A stretch of 63,725 nucleotides of DNA, the filler included, from Folioceros fuciformis (lineage: Eukaryota): NCBI GenBank assembly GCA_049999805.1. It is 19 parts of 19 records of this genome, joined end to end, with 100 filler letters (N's around TTAATTAATTAA, not from the genome) between each part and the next. Parts side by side here need not be neighbours in the genome. Positions count along the whole stretch, not along the records: positions 6,909 to 12,356 come from JBNGIO010006561.1; positions 12,457 to 14,641 come from JBNGIO010006562.1; positions 14,742 to 24,402 come from JBNGIO010006563.1; positions 24,503 to 27,285 come from JBNGIO010006564.1; 15 more parts are not named here. One strand, written 5' to 3'. The notes beneath the pieces were generated by a model. The model worked only from the letters and a program-made list of their open reading frames with translations, was not told the origin of the DNA and searched no databases. Shown here piece after piece: positions 12,122 to 26,022 of this stretch. Every line of letters begins with the position of its first letter. Positions within the stretch are counted from its first letter, which is position 1. The position numbers were made by a program, and so were the translations under genes.

Positions 12122-12786
12122 AGTCTGAAGGGGCGGCGATTCCTGCTTAGGGCTGACGAGTTTCTTTGCAGGATAATTAAGTTTCTTTAGCTAGGTTTGT
12201 TTGCGTTTCGTAGCAGTTAAGTAGTGAACAAAACATACATATATATTTCTATATCTATAAACACAAACTATAAATAGTACACATCCTAACTCTAAGACCT
12301 GAGTGGGAGTGTTAGTATAGGCGTGTCTAACCCTAACATAGGTTAGACATACAGGTNNNNNNNNNNNNNNNNNNNNNNNNNNNNNNNNNNNNNNNNNNNN
12401 TTAATTAATTAANNNNNNNNNNNNNNNNNNNNNNNNNNNNNNNNNNNNNNNNNNNNAGCTGTGAAATTTGACGTCCGCAGAGCTAGGCGTTGTTTTTTTC
12501 TTGATCTTGCTACCCCCGGGGGTTGGCTGCCGGATCCGACCTGCGGACTCTAGCCCGGCTCTCAGGTGAGGCTCGCATGCAGCCGCACATTGCGAGTGCG
12601 TGGAGGCTGTTTGAGAATTGTCTTTGGCTTTCTGCGCTTGCTGTGACTGCGTTAATTGTGCTCTGAGTGCGTTATAGTATGTGTGGTTGCTTGAAGCGGT
12701 GGAGCTCCTATTTTTGCGGCTTTTTCACTGACAACTCGTGATTAATTATGGTGGCGGTGGTGTTTGGCGCTGTTTTCCCAGCCAAG

Positions 12787-13882
12787 ATGAAGGACGCCAA
12801 GGGAAAGAAAGGTGCCGCTGCCGCGAAGAAAGAAACAAAGAAGGAGCCGAAGAAGGTCGAGGAGAAGTAAGTTCCTTCATTTGTTTCGCTTATGTCTTCC
12901 CTGGTTCGAGCGTGCACGGTATGTCTTATCTCATGACTTTGTGGTCCGCTGCTGCAGAGAGGTTCGCAAAAGGAAAACCACAACCAAGGAGCCTGCCAAG
13001 CCGAAGAAGAGGGTTAGGAAGGTCACCAAGGCCAAGAAAGATCCCAACCAGCCTAAGCGGCCGCAGGGTGCATTTTTTATCTTCCTGTAAGTATTGCGGT
13101 GGTTGAAAGGTACATGAGAAAGAGGTGTTTTTCCGTGCAATTCAGCATCTGACCTGTTATCGAGTTGCCGGCTTTCATTGTTTCCGTCAGAGACGAGTTC
13201 AGGAAGTCTTTCAAGGAGGATCATCCGGATGTGAAAGGCGTGACTGTCGTAAGTATTTTTTGCATTACCGCAGCTGATGTGGTTGTTTGTTTTGAATTTG
13301 TGTAGAAACGCGAGTCCTTATTTTTGCTTGTATTTTTTGGTGTCATCTGTTACAGGTTGTGAAAGCTGGTGGAGAGAAATGGAAGGAAATGTCTGAGTCG
13401 GTACGTCCCGAGGACTCTTTCAACGCAACACTGGTTTCCGGGTCTCCTCCGAAAACATCTTTGTGTGGCCTCCAAATTTCTGCATGACATATCTCGGTGG
13501 GTTTTGTGTTCACGCAGGAGAAAGTCCCATATCATACCAAGGCCGCTCAAAAGAAGTCTGAATATGAGAAGTCTCTAGCTGCCTACAAACAGAAGCAGGT
13601 AAAGTGGAGTGGATATCAGCATCCACCCCGAACCTCTTGGTATCTATTTTGTGGCTGCCTGTTTACTCCTTGGTGTTGTTGTACTCACAGGATGAGGAGG
13701 AGGATGAAGGCACTCCTGAGGAGTCTGACAAGTCAAAGTCAGAAATCAATGATGAGGAGGAAAGCGGTGATGTAAGTTCTCGTTTCTGTGTTTGCAGGGG
13801 GTGTTGGTCATGATGTGGTTCTCAAGTGAAATGTACATGTGTTCCTCTCTGGCAGGAGGAGGAGGAGGAACAGGAAGACTAG
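12787..13882 (+). CDS. HMGB: HMG-box protein of the HMGB class; exons 12787-12866, 12958-13086, 13191-13248, 13356-13400, 13518-13598, 13691-13771, 13856-13882
   Basis: Spliced in frame via GT-AG introns: basic N-terminus, KDPNQPKRPQGAFFIFLDEFRKSFKEDHP..GGEKWKEMSESEKVPY HMG box, acidic tail with SDKSKSEIND. Confidence 0.95.
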
Positions 13883-14252
13883 AGAAGTTCGTCCCTTTAC
13901 CCAGGAAAGTAGGGTTAGATTCCTGAGTTTAGAATGCAACGACTTCTGGAACTCAGATGTGCTTCTCTTGGCTTGAGCTTCTGCAGTTGTGTGTTAGATG
14001 TCCCTTGGGCCTGGATCGGTGCCTACATTGACGGTGGAGGGCTGGAAGGGGGTACGCTTTCCATTTGTGGTCTGGTAGTGTCGGGGCAAATTGTTTTGTA
14101 AATGTTATTCACTCACTGTCTAGGCGTGGTTAGGGGTTGTGACAGACGTCTGCGTCGCTCTGAGCCAATGGCTTTGTACATTAGAACTAGTTTTGGACCC
14201 GATGGTATCAAGTGTATCTTGATAATTGTATCATGCCTTCACGACTAGGTAC

Positions 14253-14566
14253 TGTTGAGCTGACGGCTTATTGGGGCACCGGGTGTGGTGTAGGGGTGCC
14301 AGGATAGGGCTTGGGGATCGCGGAGGTGGATATTCGTCTTGTGTGCACGTAGCTAAGCTAGGACGGTAGCCTGGGTGCGTGCGGTTACCGGTGGAAGCGT
14401 GTGGTACGCAGCGAGCCCGTTAGAGAGGCGTGGAGCACGCTGCTAGGAGGGCGCAACTGAAGGGCTTGCGTTCGTGGCGAGGATATGTGTGGCAAGCAGT
14501 AACCCGGCTTTGATTAGGGTGTGTCACCTTTTGCGCTTACTTACTTACTTACCGTAGGCACTGACA
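14253..14566. mobile_element. Possible solo-LTR-like insertion
   Basis: 314 bp bounded by TGTTGAG..CTGACA with an internal (CTTA)4. The 5-bp flanks (GGTAC/GTGAC) do not form a perfect TSD. Confidence 0.25.
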
Positions 14567-14839
14567 GTGACTAGGGTTGCAGCACACGGCGCCGCCGCAA
14601 GCCACTCGTTGTGAAGCAAGTCTATCAGCTCCAAAGGAGAGNNNNNNNNNNNNNNNNNNNNNNNNNNNNNNNNNNNNNNNNNNNNTTAATTAATTAANNN
14701 NNNNNNNNNNNNNNNNNNNNNNNNNNNNNNNNNNNNNNNNNCCCAGGCGAGTGGTTCCATATTTTACAGCATATTCTTGTAGAGCCTTTCTGGGCAATGG
14801 GAGGCCCTCCAGCCAGTCCTGTGACCGTGATGGCAGGGC

Positions 14840-17800
14840 ATGGAATTGCTGGCACGTCTCAGGCTCATTGCTATCGGCTCTGGCACAAGCGGAAGAAGAA
14901 TATGTCATGTAGTAGGTATGTTAAGCTTCTTCGTAGGGTAACGACCGACGCACATGGCCCAGCTTATTCTGCCAAGCCTACCTTCACGAGCCTCCGGTAA
15001 CTAATTGGATCCTGCGTGTAGAAAGAACATTGCGCTGGGTGATGTCAGAAAAGTGGTCTAATTTTCCAGGACTATTGCTGAAATGGTTATCTGCCAGGGC
15101 AGATGGGAAGGCTCAAAATGTGAAGCTTATGTGTGAGGAGGGAAGTCTAGAAGAGGTTTTGAAGGTGCTGCAGCTCAAGGACCGAGAAGGTGTGGTGGCT
15201 TCTGTCGAAATTTATGGATGGCTGCTGCAGGGGTGCATGAAGAGGAAAGCTTTGGCTCAGGCCAGGAAGGTGCATGCTCTGATTTGCAAGGACGGGCTGG
15301 AGTCGAACAGATCACTTGGCAATACTCTGGTGAACGTGTTTGTGCATTGTGGAAGCCTTTCAGATGCCATCCAAGTTTTCAACAGATTGCTCAGACGGAA
15401 TGCTCATTCATGGACTGCTCTCATTCTGGGGCACATCAAGAGGGGGCAATTCAAGGAGGCTCTCAGAATGTACCATCAAATGCAAGAGGAAGGTTTCAAG
15501 CCAAATAAGTTTACTTTGGTGGGGGTCCTGAAGGCTTGCGCAAGCTTGTTAGACCTGAAAGAGGGCAGGCTCATCCATGCTGAGGTTACTAGAAGCAAGC
15601 TGGAGTCTGATTTGTATGTGGGCACCACACTCGTGGACATGTATGCAACATGTGGGAGCATGGTGGATGCACGGCATGCGTTTGACACGTTGCCTAGCCG
15701 CGATGTGGTGACATGGAATGCCATGATAATTGGTTATGCGCAACAAGAACAAGGCGAGGAGGCTTTGCAACTCTTTGCCAAGATGCAGCAGGAACGGGTA
15801 CAGCCAAATGATCGCACCTTTGTAAGTTTGCTCAGAGCATGTGGTAGTCTAGCATCCGCTGAGAAGGAGACACTGATTGACGCCCAACTAGTCAAAGTGA
15901 AGGCTCTCCAAAAGGGCAAGGACATTCACTGTCAACTTGCTGCAATGGGCTATATTTCAGATCCTTTTGTGGGCAATACTTTGGTTGACATGTATGCAAA
16001 GTGTGGAGATCTGCTTGAAGCTCGTGCAGTCTTTGATAGTCTGCCCCAGCGTAATGCCGTAACATGGAATGCTATGCTTACAGGATATGCTCAGCAGCAA
16101 CAGGGCAAGGATGTCCTGCAACTCTTCGAAAAGATGAAGAAGGAAGGGTTCAAGGCAAATGATCGAACATTTGTGAGTGTTCTGAATGCATGTGGTAGCC
16201 TTGCTGCTATGGAGTTGGAGACCACTGTAGAGGGGCAATCGATCAAAGTCAATGCACTGGCGCAGGGAAAGCAGATTCATGAAGAAGTTTATGAAGCAGG
16301 CTACCTTTCAGACCCATTTGTTGGTAACACGCTTGTGGACATGTATGCGAAATGTGGAGACATGGTGGAAGCACGACGCGTGTTTGACAGTCTGCCTCAT
16401 CGTGACGTAGTATCATGGACAGCAATGATAATTGGATATGCACAACAAGAACAGGGAACGAAGGCTTTGCAGCTGTATGATGAGATGCAAAAAGATAATG
16501 ATATTCAGCCGAACAAACGCACGTTCGTAGGTGTGCTGAAAGCCTGTTGCAGCCTGGCAACAGTGGAAGGAGATACGCTCGTGGATGGACAACCTAATGC
16601 TCTGCAGCGGGGAAGGGCAATTCATGCTGAAATTATGACACAAGGTTATCAGACAGATACATTTGTGGGCAACACACTGGTTGCCATGTATGCCAAATGT
16701 GGAGACCTTATCAAAGCAACGCAAGTGTTTGACACTTTACTGCACCACGATGTCGTGTCTTGGAGTGCAATGATCACAGGTTACACCAAATGCGAGCATG
16801 GTGAGATGGCTTTCCAGTTATATGCCGAGATGCAGCAAGAGGGAGTGAAGCCAAACGATATTACTTTCATCTCGTTGTTGAAAGTTTGTGGGAGCATGGC
16901 GTCATTCGAGGAGGAGGCAACGGTGAATGGCCAGTTCTTAAAAGCAGGTTCCCTTGAAAAATGCCGGTTGATTCATTCAGATCTTCAAAGACATGGTTAT
17001 CAGTCTTCCCTGTTTGTATGCAGTACGCTCATTGACACGTATGCAAAGTGTGGAGACCTCATGAAAGCACGGGAGGTTTTTGACACAGTACCCTCCAGGG
17101 ATATAGTGTGCTGGAATGCGATGATTGCCTCATATGCTCAGCAGAAGCAGGCTGAAAAGGGCATGCAGCTGTATGTTACGATGCAAGACAAGGGCGTGAG
17201 GCGAGACGAGGCTACTTTCCTGTGCATCCTGAGGTTATGCAGCAGCGTGGGATCTCTGGAAATGTGCAGGAAGATCCATCAAGATATTTTGGGGAGTGGA
17301 ACAGAGAAGAGATCTATTGTAGCAACCACTCTGATACACGCTTACGGCAAGTGTGGAAGTATGGTAGATGCACGGCAAGTATTCGACACTTTGGCTCCGC
17401 ATGACGTGTGGACGTGGACTGCACTGATCACGGGCTATGCCCGACAAGGTCAAGGGGAACTGAGCTTACAGTGCTTTGAGGAGATGCAGCGGGCAGGTGT
17501 CAAACCAGACGCAGTCACATTTGTTTCTGTTCTTGCAGCTTGCAGTCATGCTGGGGCTGTCGTCAAAGGTTTTCACTACTTCACATCCATGGCGAGAGAT
17601 CACCACATCGCTCCAACGCTCGAACACTATGCTGGCCTGGTTGATCTCGTAGGCCGTGCCGGATTGTTCAAGGAGGCTGAAGACATCCTCTCCTCAATGC
17701 CAATGCAGCCAAATGTCGCAATGTGGCTGGGTTTGTTGGGGGCATGCAGGATGCATAACAACGTTGAACTTGGCAAACGTGCCTTCCAGGGGGCGGTGGA

Positions 17801-18050
17801 TTTGGAGCCAAAACAACGAGCGGCGTACTTGTTGCTGTCCCAAATCTATGCCCAAGCTGGCATGTGGGAGCAGGCTAGGCTTATTGAGCTGGCGGCAGGC
17901 AGCGCAGGTGCGTGGAAGAGACCTGGCAGAAGTTGGATCGAGAAGGCAGGACGCGTACATGCCTTCTCGGTTGGAGATAGAACCCATAAACAGAGCCAAC
18001 AGCTATATGCACTACTACAGGACCTGAGCTCGCAAATGGAGGAGGAATGA
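14840..18050 (+). CDS. PLS-class PPR protein with E/E+ C-terminus, no DYW (organellar RNA-editing factor); probable exons 14840-14915 and 15022-18050
   Basis: Repeated P-L-S triplets (GNTLVDMYAKCG, DVVSWTAMI), E motifs, and a PG box WKRPGRSWIE..VHAFSVGDRTH. A 106-bp GT-AG intron adds an in-frame Arg-rich N-terminus (MELLARLRLIAIG..). Confidence 0.93.
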
Positions 18051-18390
18051 CCTGTCGGTTCCCGTGACTGGGAAGTCTTGCCGGAAGCTCGTCTGATGAC
18101 GTGCCCCTGTGAAAACTGAGAATGGGACACTACGAAAATCGACGAAACAATGCATCCGTCTTTGCCAAACGTGTCACTTGCCCTTGGTGATGACACGCTG
18201 TGGTTCTAAGGGCTGGGAGGACAGGCCACACAGAATATTAAAGCTGCCTTATACCACGGCGAGATATTGGAGGCTTGTCTTAGTGATGTGTCTGCTCCGA
18301 CGCCAGTCACGTAAAGTTGAATAAGTCGGGGAGAAAGGAAAGGACGTGTGCTTCCTTTCTGCAGGGCGTTCGTGGAGCGTGAAGAAGAAG

Positions 18391-19170
18391 ATGGCGCACA
18401 GAGTGAGTCTGTTGGCTTGGGCGTCGTTGTGCCTGCTCGTGCTGGCGGGTGTGTACGTTCCAGTGGCTGCCGCTCCAGGAGCCGAGCTTCCCTCTTGTCC
18501 GTTCCGTGCTCTGGTGAGCCGCATTCTAGAGAGGGTGTACAGGGCGTGGGAGGCTGCTGGGCATCGGTCGTGGGGAGGATCTGTCTCCGAGCAGCAGCCG
18601 CAAGCTCAGCCATGGCCGGAAGAGTTCACCATCAGCTTCACCACAGATGGCGGGATCGCCGACGGGAAGATCTTCTACGACTGGGCGAACAAGAGGCAGC
18701 TCATATGGCACGGTCCTGGTTCCACAACCTGCAAGGGCTATGGCCTGCCGTCGGATCAGTCTTGCTGGATTCTGTTCAACCAAACCGGGATCTTCGTCGA
18801 CCTGCCGTACTTTGAGCGGTGCTGGCTGGAAACGCCTGGAGTTGGAACTGTCCCTCCTGATTGGACTGTGCAAGGGGAGTACGAGAGGGTCGACCTGGTG
18901 AATGGAGTCGGCCTCTGTCGCACATACTTGTTTCCGCCCACAGTGCATTATTACTCGGAGACAGTCGATGGGCTTCCCTGTGTCTTTGGGTTCGCTTTGC
19001 CTGAAATGTCGTACTATTTCCAGCCTGAGACAATCATCCTCGAGGCCCCCACAGACGATGCCTTTGAACTGCCTTCCTACTGCGTAGGAGCAGACGGCCC
19101 TGAGTTTCGAGGTATGTCGCTGTCTATCATGCGTTCCTTCATCCCGAGAACGTTTCGCCCTGTCCTGTGA
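18391..19170 (+). CDS. Secreted At4g14100-like (ependymin-related-type) protein, intronless
   Basis: Signal peptide MAHRVSLLAWASLCLLVLAG.., motifs PWPEEF..GKIFYDW..C..C..GVGTVPPDW..F.LPSYC. Confidence 0.65.
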   Translation: MAHRVSLLAWASLCLLVLAGVYVPVAAAPGAELPSCPFRALVSRILERVYRAWEAAGHRSWGGSVSEQQPQAQPWPEEFTISFTTDGGIADGKIFYDWANKRQLIWHGPGSTTCKGYGLPSDQSCWILFNQTGIFVDLPYFERCWLETPGVGTVPPDWTVQGEYERVDLVNGVGLCRTYLFPPTVHYYSETVDGLPCVFGFALPEMSYYFQPETIILEAPTDDAFELPSYCVGADGPEFRGMSLSIMRSFIPRTFRPVL

Positions 19171-19329
19171 TGGGCTTACTGTATCCTGCCATGCGCATCT
19201 TGTTCACAAGAAAAACAAGTGCAAAATGGAACTTTACGGCTCCCACGCTAGTGTTGTAATAGCTTGTACACACAACTACAGACTGCCTCTTCTGGGAAAT
19301 TCATGTGAATCGCTTTGGGCCAGAATTGA

Positions 19330-20240
19330 TCACGCAGAAGCTGGTAGCAAAGCAGCTGCCACTAGTCTGCCCTCTTCGTTGAGAAAATTGAAAGTTGATG
19401 CCGCATTTCTCTGCATGAGCAGTTGGTAGTTAGTAAGGAGCCAACCCTTGTTCAAATGCTTGTCGTGGAATCCCAGGACCATACCGAATCTACTGCCTCC
19501 AGTTTGATGCCATTAGTACGCATCAAAGCCTTCACATCTTCCCCAACCCTTTGAACAGATTTCCCGCACCCGAGGACAAGGATTTCTGCAACGTATCCAC
19601 ACACCGTGAGAACCTTATCGTCTGGAGACGGGAGCAACGTAAATATGAGAAGCATAAAAGATACCCCACCTGGTGCAGGCCGCAATAGCTGGAACAAGGA
19701 GAAGCTGTGGCAGAAAGCGAGCCATTAAAGTGCAGCCTAATTGCAACAGAGACTGGAGGAAGCATGAGCTACAATTCACCTCTCAGGCGTGAGGTCCCGA
19801 ACCGACTTGGGACTCCACTCAAGAACCAAGCTGGGCAGACACACCACAGCCCCTTCGTACACGATCCCATTCACCTGAAAGCCTGTCTCATCGTACCTGC
19901 ATCAGCGACGAAAATATGAACAATCCACAGCTTGAGCGAATCCAGCTGCGAGACGACTCACGGATACCAGACACTCACAAGGGTGAGGCATTGGTACCCC
20001 TGTATCATCACACGTTGCGCAGCTTCTGCAGTTCCCTGAAACACATCCACGTCTTCATAGAAAGACGAGGCAGCTCTGCACGCAACCCGCCATCGTCAAC
20101 CCCGTTTCCCAAGATCAGGACATCACCCGCTCAACACGAAACGAATCCGGCACACACCTGAGCGGCACAAACATCTGGCCCGGCAAGAGCGCTCGCCTCA
20201 GTGCGCTGCCCACCAGCGCCTTTGCCATGGTCTGCATCAT
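19330..20240 (-). CDS. NDUFAF3: Mitochondrial complex I assembly factor 3 (Mth938 domain), 6 exons
   Basis: Spliced product reads ..IQGYDETGFQVNGIVYEGAVVCLPSLVLEWSPKS..FSLFQLLRPAPEILVLGCG..GIKLEAVDSRNAASTFNFLNEEGRLVAAALLP; all introns GT-AG. Confidence 0.92.
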
Positions 20241-20617
20241 ATGGTCCCACAACCGCTTCCTTGTGCCTTCGCCTTTCCAAATGAAGGATCACAAACCGCC
20301 TTAACGCAAAAGCCCTACAAGATCCAACAGCATCCCTTTCCTCGCGAAAACTACGCTGTCAGTCTTCCTCGCCCAGTCCAGAATCTGGATCTTGCAAGGC
20401 CAGTCGTTCTGGGTTCTGAATAACCAGGCTTGTTCATAATGGTAAAACTGGGTCCGACGGAAGAAAAACCTGCCATCTCCAACAGCCATGTCTCTTGCGG
20501 AGGGTGACAATTCCAAGGGCTCAGATGGCCGCAGGCTACATAAAGGCGTTAGCCATGTGAGCTCTGTTCTGCTGCTACGTCTTCTGCTGCTGGTCTGGAC
20601 GCAGAGCTGCACCCACC

Positions 20618-21728
20618 ATGGCTGCCGCCCTCGTTCCCCCTGTCGGGCCACTGGTGGATGCTCGGGCACTCTCTCCTTGCTCGTCCTGCCCGAGATGCAG
20701 CTGGGCGCCATTGAGGGTGCTCCGGCACCGCTTAGGGCGGGTCCGTGGCGCCATCAGCAGCTACGAGCAGGAGCCAGCAGCCCTGGATTCCCGCGCACCA
20801 TCCCAGCAAGGAAGGTGGCGGATGGATAACATGCTGGCTGCGGGAGAGACAGTAATCGTTGTCCTCGGGGCAGCTTCCCAGTTGACGTCCCATTTTCGTC
20901 TCCACACATCCCCGGCCTCCACCTTAGAGCCCGCAGTGTGCGCCAGGCATCAAAGGTTTTCCTCGCTGCAGATTCTGCTACTCTGGGCTGCGGTTTTGGT
21001 GAACGCGATTGCGAGAGTGAGAGCACAGCAGGGAAGCAGCAGCTCGGGAGTGGCGGAGGCGGGTCCCGAAGAGTCTCGGGGCCCCGAGGGCTCGTTGCAG
21101 CTTGCCAAGAGGGTGGCGAGCCTTGAGCAGGACCTGCGGGGGTCCTTGGTCCTGACTCGCGGGGTGTCTCGGCAGCTGGCAAAGCTTGGGATTCGCGTAC
21201 GGGCGACGCGGCAGACGTTACGGGATCCGATTCAGGCGGTGAGTTCATGTTGTGGGCTCGCATTGTTTTGGAGGAGACGTGACACCGTTGTTTGCCTGCT
21301 CAGAGTGCAGCAGTGGCCAGGATCACTTCTGAAGCTGTGACTGCTGTGGCGTCTCGGCAAGACTTGTTGGAGGCCCAACTCCGGGGAGTGGAGGAAGTTC
21401 TGGTAGCCATGCAGGTAGTTGTGTTTTTGGGATTGGGGTGCTTCAGTCCTTGACCAGCCCATCAGCTGACAGGTTCCCCGTCATCGCTCTTGACGGCAGG
21501 AACAGCAAGGGAAGCTGTTTCAGCTGCTGGGCTTCGCCCTCAAAAGAAAGATTGCTACTGAGCAGGAACATTTGAAGACAGGTAACGTTTCCTTCTAAAG
21601 TGGCACAGGCAAAGTCGAGACATGGGACGTGCAGGAGCTTCAGTTTCGCTGCTGAGACGTGTGTGGTCCGCCTTCCTGTCTTCACAGCGTCAACGAGGCC
21701 GAAGGTCTCCATCACGTTGCCTAACTGA
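20618..21728 (+). CDS. Conserved plant membrane/coiled-coil protein, probably plastid-targeted; exons 20618-21238, 21304-21414, 21500-(21581 or stop 21598), possible last exon to 21728
   Basis: Transit-like N-terminus, hydrophobic segments, LEQDLRGS..SRQLAKLGIRVRATRQTLRDPI..EEVLVAMQEQQ coiled coil; GT-AG introns keep the frame. Confidence 0.7.
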
Positions 21729-22256
21729 CAATCGAAGGGATCGTGATCGTCACCTTGAGAGTTATAATCGCTTCTTCGTGATTCGAAAGTTTGTCCGATT
21801 CGGTGCACTGTGATTGCGGTAAGGGATCATCTTTGCAGTGGATCTCAGAAAGAGCCATCCATCTCGGTAAACGTTTTTGGTGCTTGGTGATTGATGATGT
21901 CTTTTTTCCCGGCCAAATTGCAGGATTCAGCCGTGTTTACCCTGGAAAATGATATTCACAACGAAAGGCCGTCAACGACCCACCCGCGCTAAGCGCGCTA
22001 CCAACCCACCCTAGTCGGAGTGTGCCACTGACCTGAATCGCACACATTAGACATTGCGTTTAGCGCAGACGCCATTGACATTGCTGATTATGGTGTCATG
22101 AATATTTACACAGTTGACGTCCTTCACATTGAAGATACTGGGCCTCGTTTACCTCCTCGACAGAACCACCTCTGGAACCTCATACGTCCAAGTCATCCAC
22201 CTTCCACAACAATCAGCACCGGCTAGAACAACTCCAGGAGGAAAGCTTGGTAAGGG

Positions 22257-24402
<2,146 letters not shown>

Positions 24403-24502
24403 NNNNNNNNNNNNNNNNNNNNNNNNNNNNNNNNNNNNNNNNNNNNTTAATTAATTAANNNNNNNNNNNNNNNNNNNNNNNNNNNNNNNNNNNNNNNNNN
24501 NN

Positions 24503-24855
24503 TGGCGCAAGCGGCGTCAGGAAGCGGACCCGGGACGCGCACGATCACGCTTCAGGCTTCGGCGGCGAGCGCATCGATTCCGCCGGCCGTGCAACCGAGG
24601 GAAGAGGTTGTATCGTTGAGGCTGGCTCCGCGCCGGAGCAAGAAGGTGTCGTGGAAGGCAGGCACAGTGGATAACGAGCTCATGAACAAGAAGAGCTCCA
24701 AGAAATGCTGCGTGTTTCACAAAGAACACGGATTCGACAGCGATGACAGCGACGACGAGCGGGAGGATGCGGGGAAGGGGAAGAAACCAGAGAGCTGTGA
24801 TTCCCACGGGGGCCACCAGTGTAGCTACGACGCAGGCGCAAGCACCAGCGCATAA
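24503..24855 (+). CDS. INH3: Protein phosphatase 1 inhibitor-3 (Ypi1/PPP1R11 family); first base of ATG probably lost in the gap
   Basis: KKVSW (RVxF-type) followed by TVDNELMNKKSSKKCCVFHK and an acidic DSDDSDDE stretch; frame open back to (A)TG at 24502-24504. Confidence 0.92.
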
Positions 24856-26022
24856 CAGGATCAGTTTGGTCTACCAGCGTCATCATCGTCCTAGTAATCG
24901 TGGAGCCGCTGGCCGTTTGTCTGTCTGCTAGGTTTCCGCCATCGTCTTTCGCGCTGAGGCCTTGTCATCGCGGGGTTTCCAACACGTCCCAGGTATGCAT
25001 TTCGCGCCTCCGACTTCCGTGATGCGTCCCTATTCTTATGCTCCTGGTTGATCGACGGGATGGTGTGGCATAGGGTTTTGATGCAGATCGCCATGGAATC
25101 TGCCCGGCTGTGGGAGGGGGGAGCTGGTGACATCCTTCTGGAAAACAAGCGGACTCGCTTCAAGACCATGAGCCAGCCAACCAGTTGGTGATTTTGTGGA
25201 GCCCTTCACTCCCACGTCAGAAACACAGTGGTCCTCTTTGGTGTCTCTTGAACGTTTTTTTAGGATAGAGGATCACTTCTTGGGACCTGTATCTTCAGGA
25301 ATACAACTGCATCTTTTGAGGCAGATCTTTGTGCAATCAGGTTTTACTCATGAAACGCATGTGTCTTCGCCACAATGAATTCCAGAATACATACACACTT
25401 CTGTTTGCTACCAAGCGGTTAAGCGGAGTTGTGGGGCCTGCCACAGATAGTCGTCAACATCCCTGCGGAAGTGGAGTAGATTTCAAGCCGCCAGTGGCCA
25501 CTATCAAGAACCCATCGTGTTTGTATCGCACGCAAAGAAAGTACATATGTGCGTATGGAGCGTGATGCTGCCTAAGTAAGGACACTTTTCCGCGGTGCGC
25601 ATGTGGTCCGGCTGCGAATTCGTAAACGACAACCAAGAGAAGAAAGGCCGGTTCTAGCTGGAAACATATATACACATCACGCTTTTGGGGGAAAAGGCAC
25701 CAATTCTAGCTAGAATAATATGTACATATTTTGAAACGTTGGTGGTCTGGCTTGGGACTGTCAGGTACTAGCTGTTAAGTTTGTCGTCTAAATGCCATGC
25801 AATTTAACGTCTCCCACTCATCCAAGGATGCCATTACATGTCCCATGGCCATGAACCCATGTCCATGTATACATATACTCCATTTCTTCCAAACTCTTTG
25901 TTTCGCACAAGCTGGAATAGCACAAGCTGCCTTCCTTCTGCGACGGATATTACCACGGACGTAGGTACACACAACATACTATATGGACTGAAGACAACGC
26001 TCGCACGCTTGCTGGGTCTCAC

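Larger units (their letters stand above)
6909..12356 (+). mobile_element. Ty1/copia LTR retrotransposon 1, near-intact internal region with LTR stubs
   Basis: LTR end ..TGTCA (6955), PBS TGGTATCAGAGC (6956-6967, tRNA-iMet), gag-pol, PPT GAGTGGGAG (12301-12309), 3' LTR start TGTTAG (12310). Confidence 0.96.

Noticed and set aside
18051-18120. Cryptic DYW continuation after the PPR stop
   Set aside because: The downstream in-frame sequence shows no GYxP, HSE or CxxC deaminase motifs.
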